Source: Puccinia triticina
Lineage: Eukaryota
Assembly (NCBI GenBank): GCA_026914245.1
Contig: CP110440.1
Location: 310,001-374,000, forward strand
Length of the DNA stretch: 64,000 nucleotides
Direction of reading: 5' to 3'
Both the position numbers and the translations under genes were made by a program. Positions 61,384 to 64,000 of the stretch are shown piece after piece; positions within the stretch are counted from its first letter, which is position 1; the number at the start of each line of letters is the position of its first letter. Under the pieces are notes generated by a model that was not told the DNA's origin, ran no database searches, and was given only the letters and a program-made list of their open reading frames with translations.

Positions 61384-62189
61384 CAAGTTGGAGAGAACAC
61401 GCGCCCTCTGAGACTGGACGCGCCCCAAGGTGAGCGCCGATGAGTGTCATGGGCGGCACTTGGCACCCGGAAAAATCTCGATCTTCGCCACCTCTTCCGT
61501 TTTAAGGTGGTGGGGGCGAGCTTCCGACGAGTTTGGCCATGAGTATCAAGGAACATCCTCTGATGTTCCGGGTCTGAGTGGGGGCCGGGGCGCACCCTCA
61601 CTTCAGTGATGTTCGGATGGACATCCCCAGTAAGATGGAGCAGATGGATCAGACATTGCATCAATCTGTCTGCCAGACCCAATATGGTCTACATTCTTCC
61701 GCCATCAAAACTCAATATAAACCGCACCAGTCTTGCCCGCGCTTCCCACGACTATAATTTGTAACGTCCAAAAGTGAAGAAAGACTAGTAAGGAGCGGTT
61801 TCTTCGTTTTCCATCCCAATGATTAAACAACCGTCCACAACACTAATACCATCAGAATTTGTTCCTATTTTCTTCTGCCTATTTTGGATATTCTGTCCGA
61901 CGTGCTATTCAACTCAACCACTGACTCATTGCCGGTATGGCCAATTGATGTTCTTCGTCGGACTCGAAGACGACAAACTACATTGGTCAATTTTTATCAA
62001 CAGGTGCAATCCATCAGCGAATTCTACCGAAAATTGCAACATCTTCCGATAAAAGCTGCTCTTAACTTGAGAAAAAAAATCCCTCGAATCTTGCTATGGC
62101 TGCGTGGTTACTATACTTTATAGTTGAGCGCTCTTTCATTCATCAGGGAATGGGATCGTAAATCTTACCACCAATGATGGACTCTTTAG

Positions 62190-63480
62190 AACATCTCCTC
62201 TCAATGACCGGTCTGTGCCGCTGTGGTAATGAGGGGAGTAACATCTCCTCTCAATGACCGGTCTGTGCCGCTGTGGTAAGACCAATCAACCATCAACTAC
62301 ATCAAATCATAGTATATTTTAATATTGAAATACAGTACAAACTACATACAAAACATATTTAGTACAAATAACCTCCATATTAAATTTCACTCAGCTGTCA
62401 CAATTATTCTCACACCCAGAAAAATGGTAACATTTTTTTACATAAGTATCAGACATGTAAGAAATCTCATAGTAACATTCAAGAATCACCTCTAAGAAAC
62501 AGCTCATAGATGTATTTTCCATATAAGAGTAGATATACAGTAGATACAAAGTAGATCTCAGAATAGTTTCCACTCTCAGAGTATAATCACATCTGATACA
62601 CTCTTCTGTGAAAAGAAATTCCTAATTAGATAGTAAAATACCAAGCCCTTTTGTATTTCACACAGCTGTACACATCCTATAGTAGAAGAATCTTTCAGCT
62701 ACATATTTCTAGTCTCAGACAAGTTTATTTACTATAAAAGGAGGCCTTTTCTGCCCCTTCCTGTTTTCTTCTTTCTCCATGTCAGCACTTGATAGTAATA
62801 TTGTAGATTACTAGCACTCATCACTTGATATAAATAGTTGAATTATAATATTTTGCAATATTAATTGATATATATAACTTGCCCCCTTGACATAAAAAAA
62901 TTTCATGCATATAATAATTCTCTTTACATCACTTGCATGTAACAATCCTCTTTACATCACCTACACATAACATTCCTCTTTACATCCCTTACATACAACA
63001 TTCCTCATCTCTTGCGCACTGAACACAGGTAACTAGGGTTCAGAGTCAGATATAATTAAGAATAGTTCTAAAGATTGCACCACACTATAAATTCTTAGTG
63101 TACATTCTCCCAGAAGCTTATTCAAGGAAGGCAGCCCTTCAAGCACCCGTGTAGTCTGTCATTATCCGTGACTTCTACATTTCCCTTCCAAGCTCAGATC
63201 ACGCCTAGCGTAGAAGTTCCACACCAGTCATCAAGGGGAGTAACATCTCTCAATTACCAGTCTGTGCCGGTCATTGAGGGGAGTAACATCTCCTCTTGAT
63301 GACCGGTCTGTGCCGGTCACCGAGGGGAGTAGCGCCTCCTCTCAATGACCGGTCAGACCGGTCATCAAGGGGAATAAAAACTTCTCTGGATAACCGGTGT
63401 GTACCAGTCATTGAGGGGAGGTGCTACTCCTCTTGATGACCAGTCTTTACCGGCCATCAAGGGGACTCACACCTCCACAG
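62190..63480. repeat. degenerate ~45-50-bp tandem repeats (GAGGGGAGTAACATCTCCTCTCAATGACCGG) split by an LTR-like insert
   Basis: Units visible at 62190-62270 and 63224-63480. Confidence 0.75.
62272..63223 (+). mobile_element. probable solo LTR
   Basis: TGTGG...CCACA ends; internal CTATAAAAGGAGGC as in other LTRs in the window; no matching TSD. Confidence 0.5.
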
Positions 63481-64000
63481 CAGGTCAAAGTCAACGTCAA
63501 GTTGACACCCCTCAGGGCGTCCCCGCAGCCTCGAACGGCCGACACGCCCCCCCCCCCCCCCAACGCATCTGGAAGGGCGCTCTTTGGGGGCGGCCGACCG
63601 TGGCATCCTGAGGAAACCTGCAAGGCAACATGTAATGGCGCCGCCACAGCCCCTGCGTCAGATGGGCGCAATGGTGGCGCCTCAAGTGGACACCCTTGGC
63701 GTGGCTTTGGAGGGCCGCCTTGAAGGTGTCCGGCCGGGGCGCCAGGGCGACCCGCAAAAGGCAATGTGGAGGGGGGTGTGGGTGCCTGTAGGTGTCGCCG
63801 GGGTGTCATCTTCTCAGTCAGGTTTCTGGACGATTTTTTGGATGTCAGGGGAGCATCCAGGAAGCCCCTTGGGAACCGACTCACCAGGCGTTGGTCAGGC
63901 TGGCTTGCGGGTGGCACCCTGGCGTCTGGAGTGGTAGGGGGCCTGCAAGATATTGACCTCATGGCTGCGTCATTCAAAGCCTTGTCGTGGGCGACTAGGG

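Noticed and set aside
59880..61700. Short hydrophobic ORFs
   Set aside because: Low-complexity UTR or intergenic sequence; no coherent splice model or motif found.
63399..63977. 176-aa and overlapping ORFs
   Set aside because: They lie in GC-rich repeat sequence resembling the arms of the 6200-7583 element.

Overview
Eukaryotic, intron-containing and transposon-dense DNA. The TE families, gene style and CpG-type decay point to a rust fungus (Pucciniales, probably Puccinia-like); this is inference. Most of the window is mobile DNA. A deep nest runs from about 30.5 to 52.4 kb: LINE > solo LTR > Copia > young intact Gypsy, with the whole stack apparently sitting in the left TIR of a two-gene DD34E (Tc1/IS630-like) element. 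Also present are a complete PIF/Harbinger element with related MITEs, a decayed Gypsy hit by two foldback CACTA-like elements, a truncated Copia, solo LTRs and minisatellites. Three apparently intact non-TE genes can be modelled by hand. The first is a 5-exon, 185-aa putative secreted protein with an LxLxL motif and two RING-H2 fingers (3383-4388), next to a pseudogenised paralog. The second is a ~1034-aa P-loop NTPase plus restriction-endonuclease-like (Crinkler/CR-type) protein with a recent exon+intron tandem duplication (16331-19659). The third is a ~682-aa Edc1/PNRC-motif protein (57121-59268). Orphan fragments of a SNF2 helicase and a CLIP-170-like gene also occur. All splice models and family calls were read by eye, without database searches.
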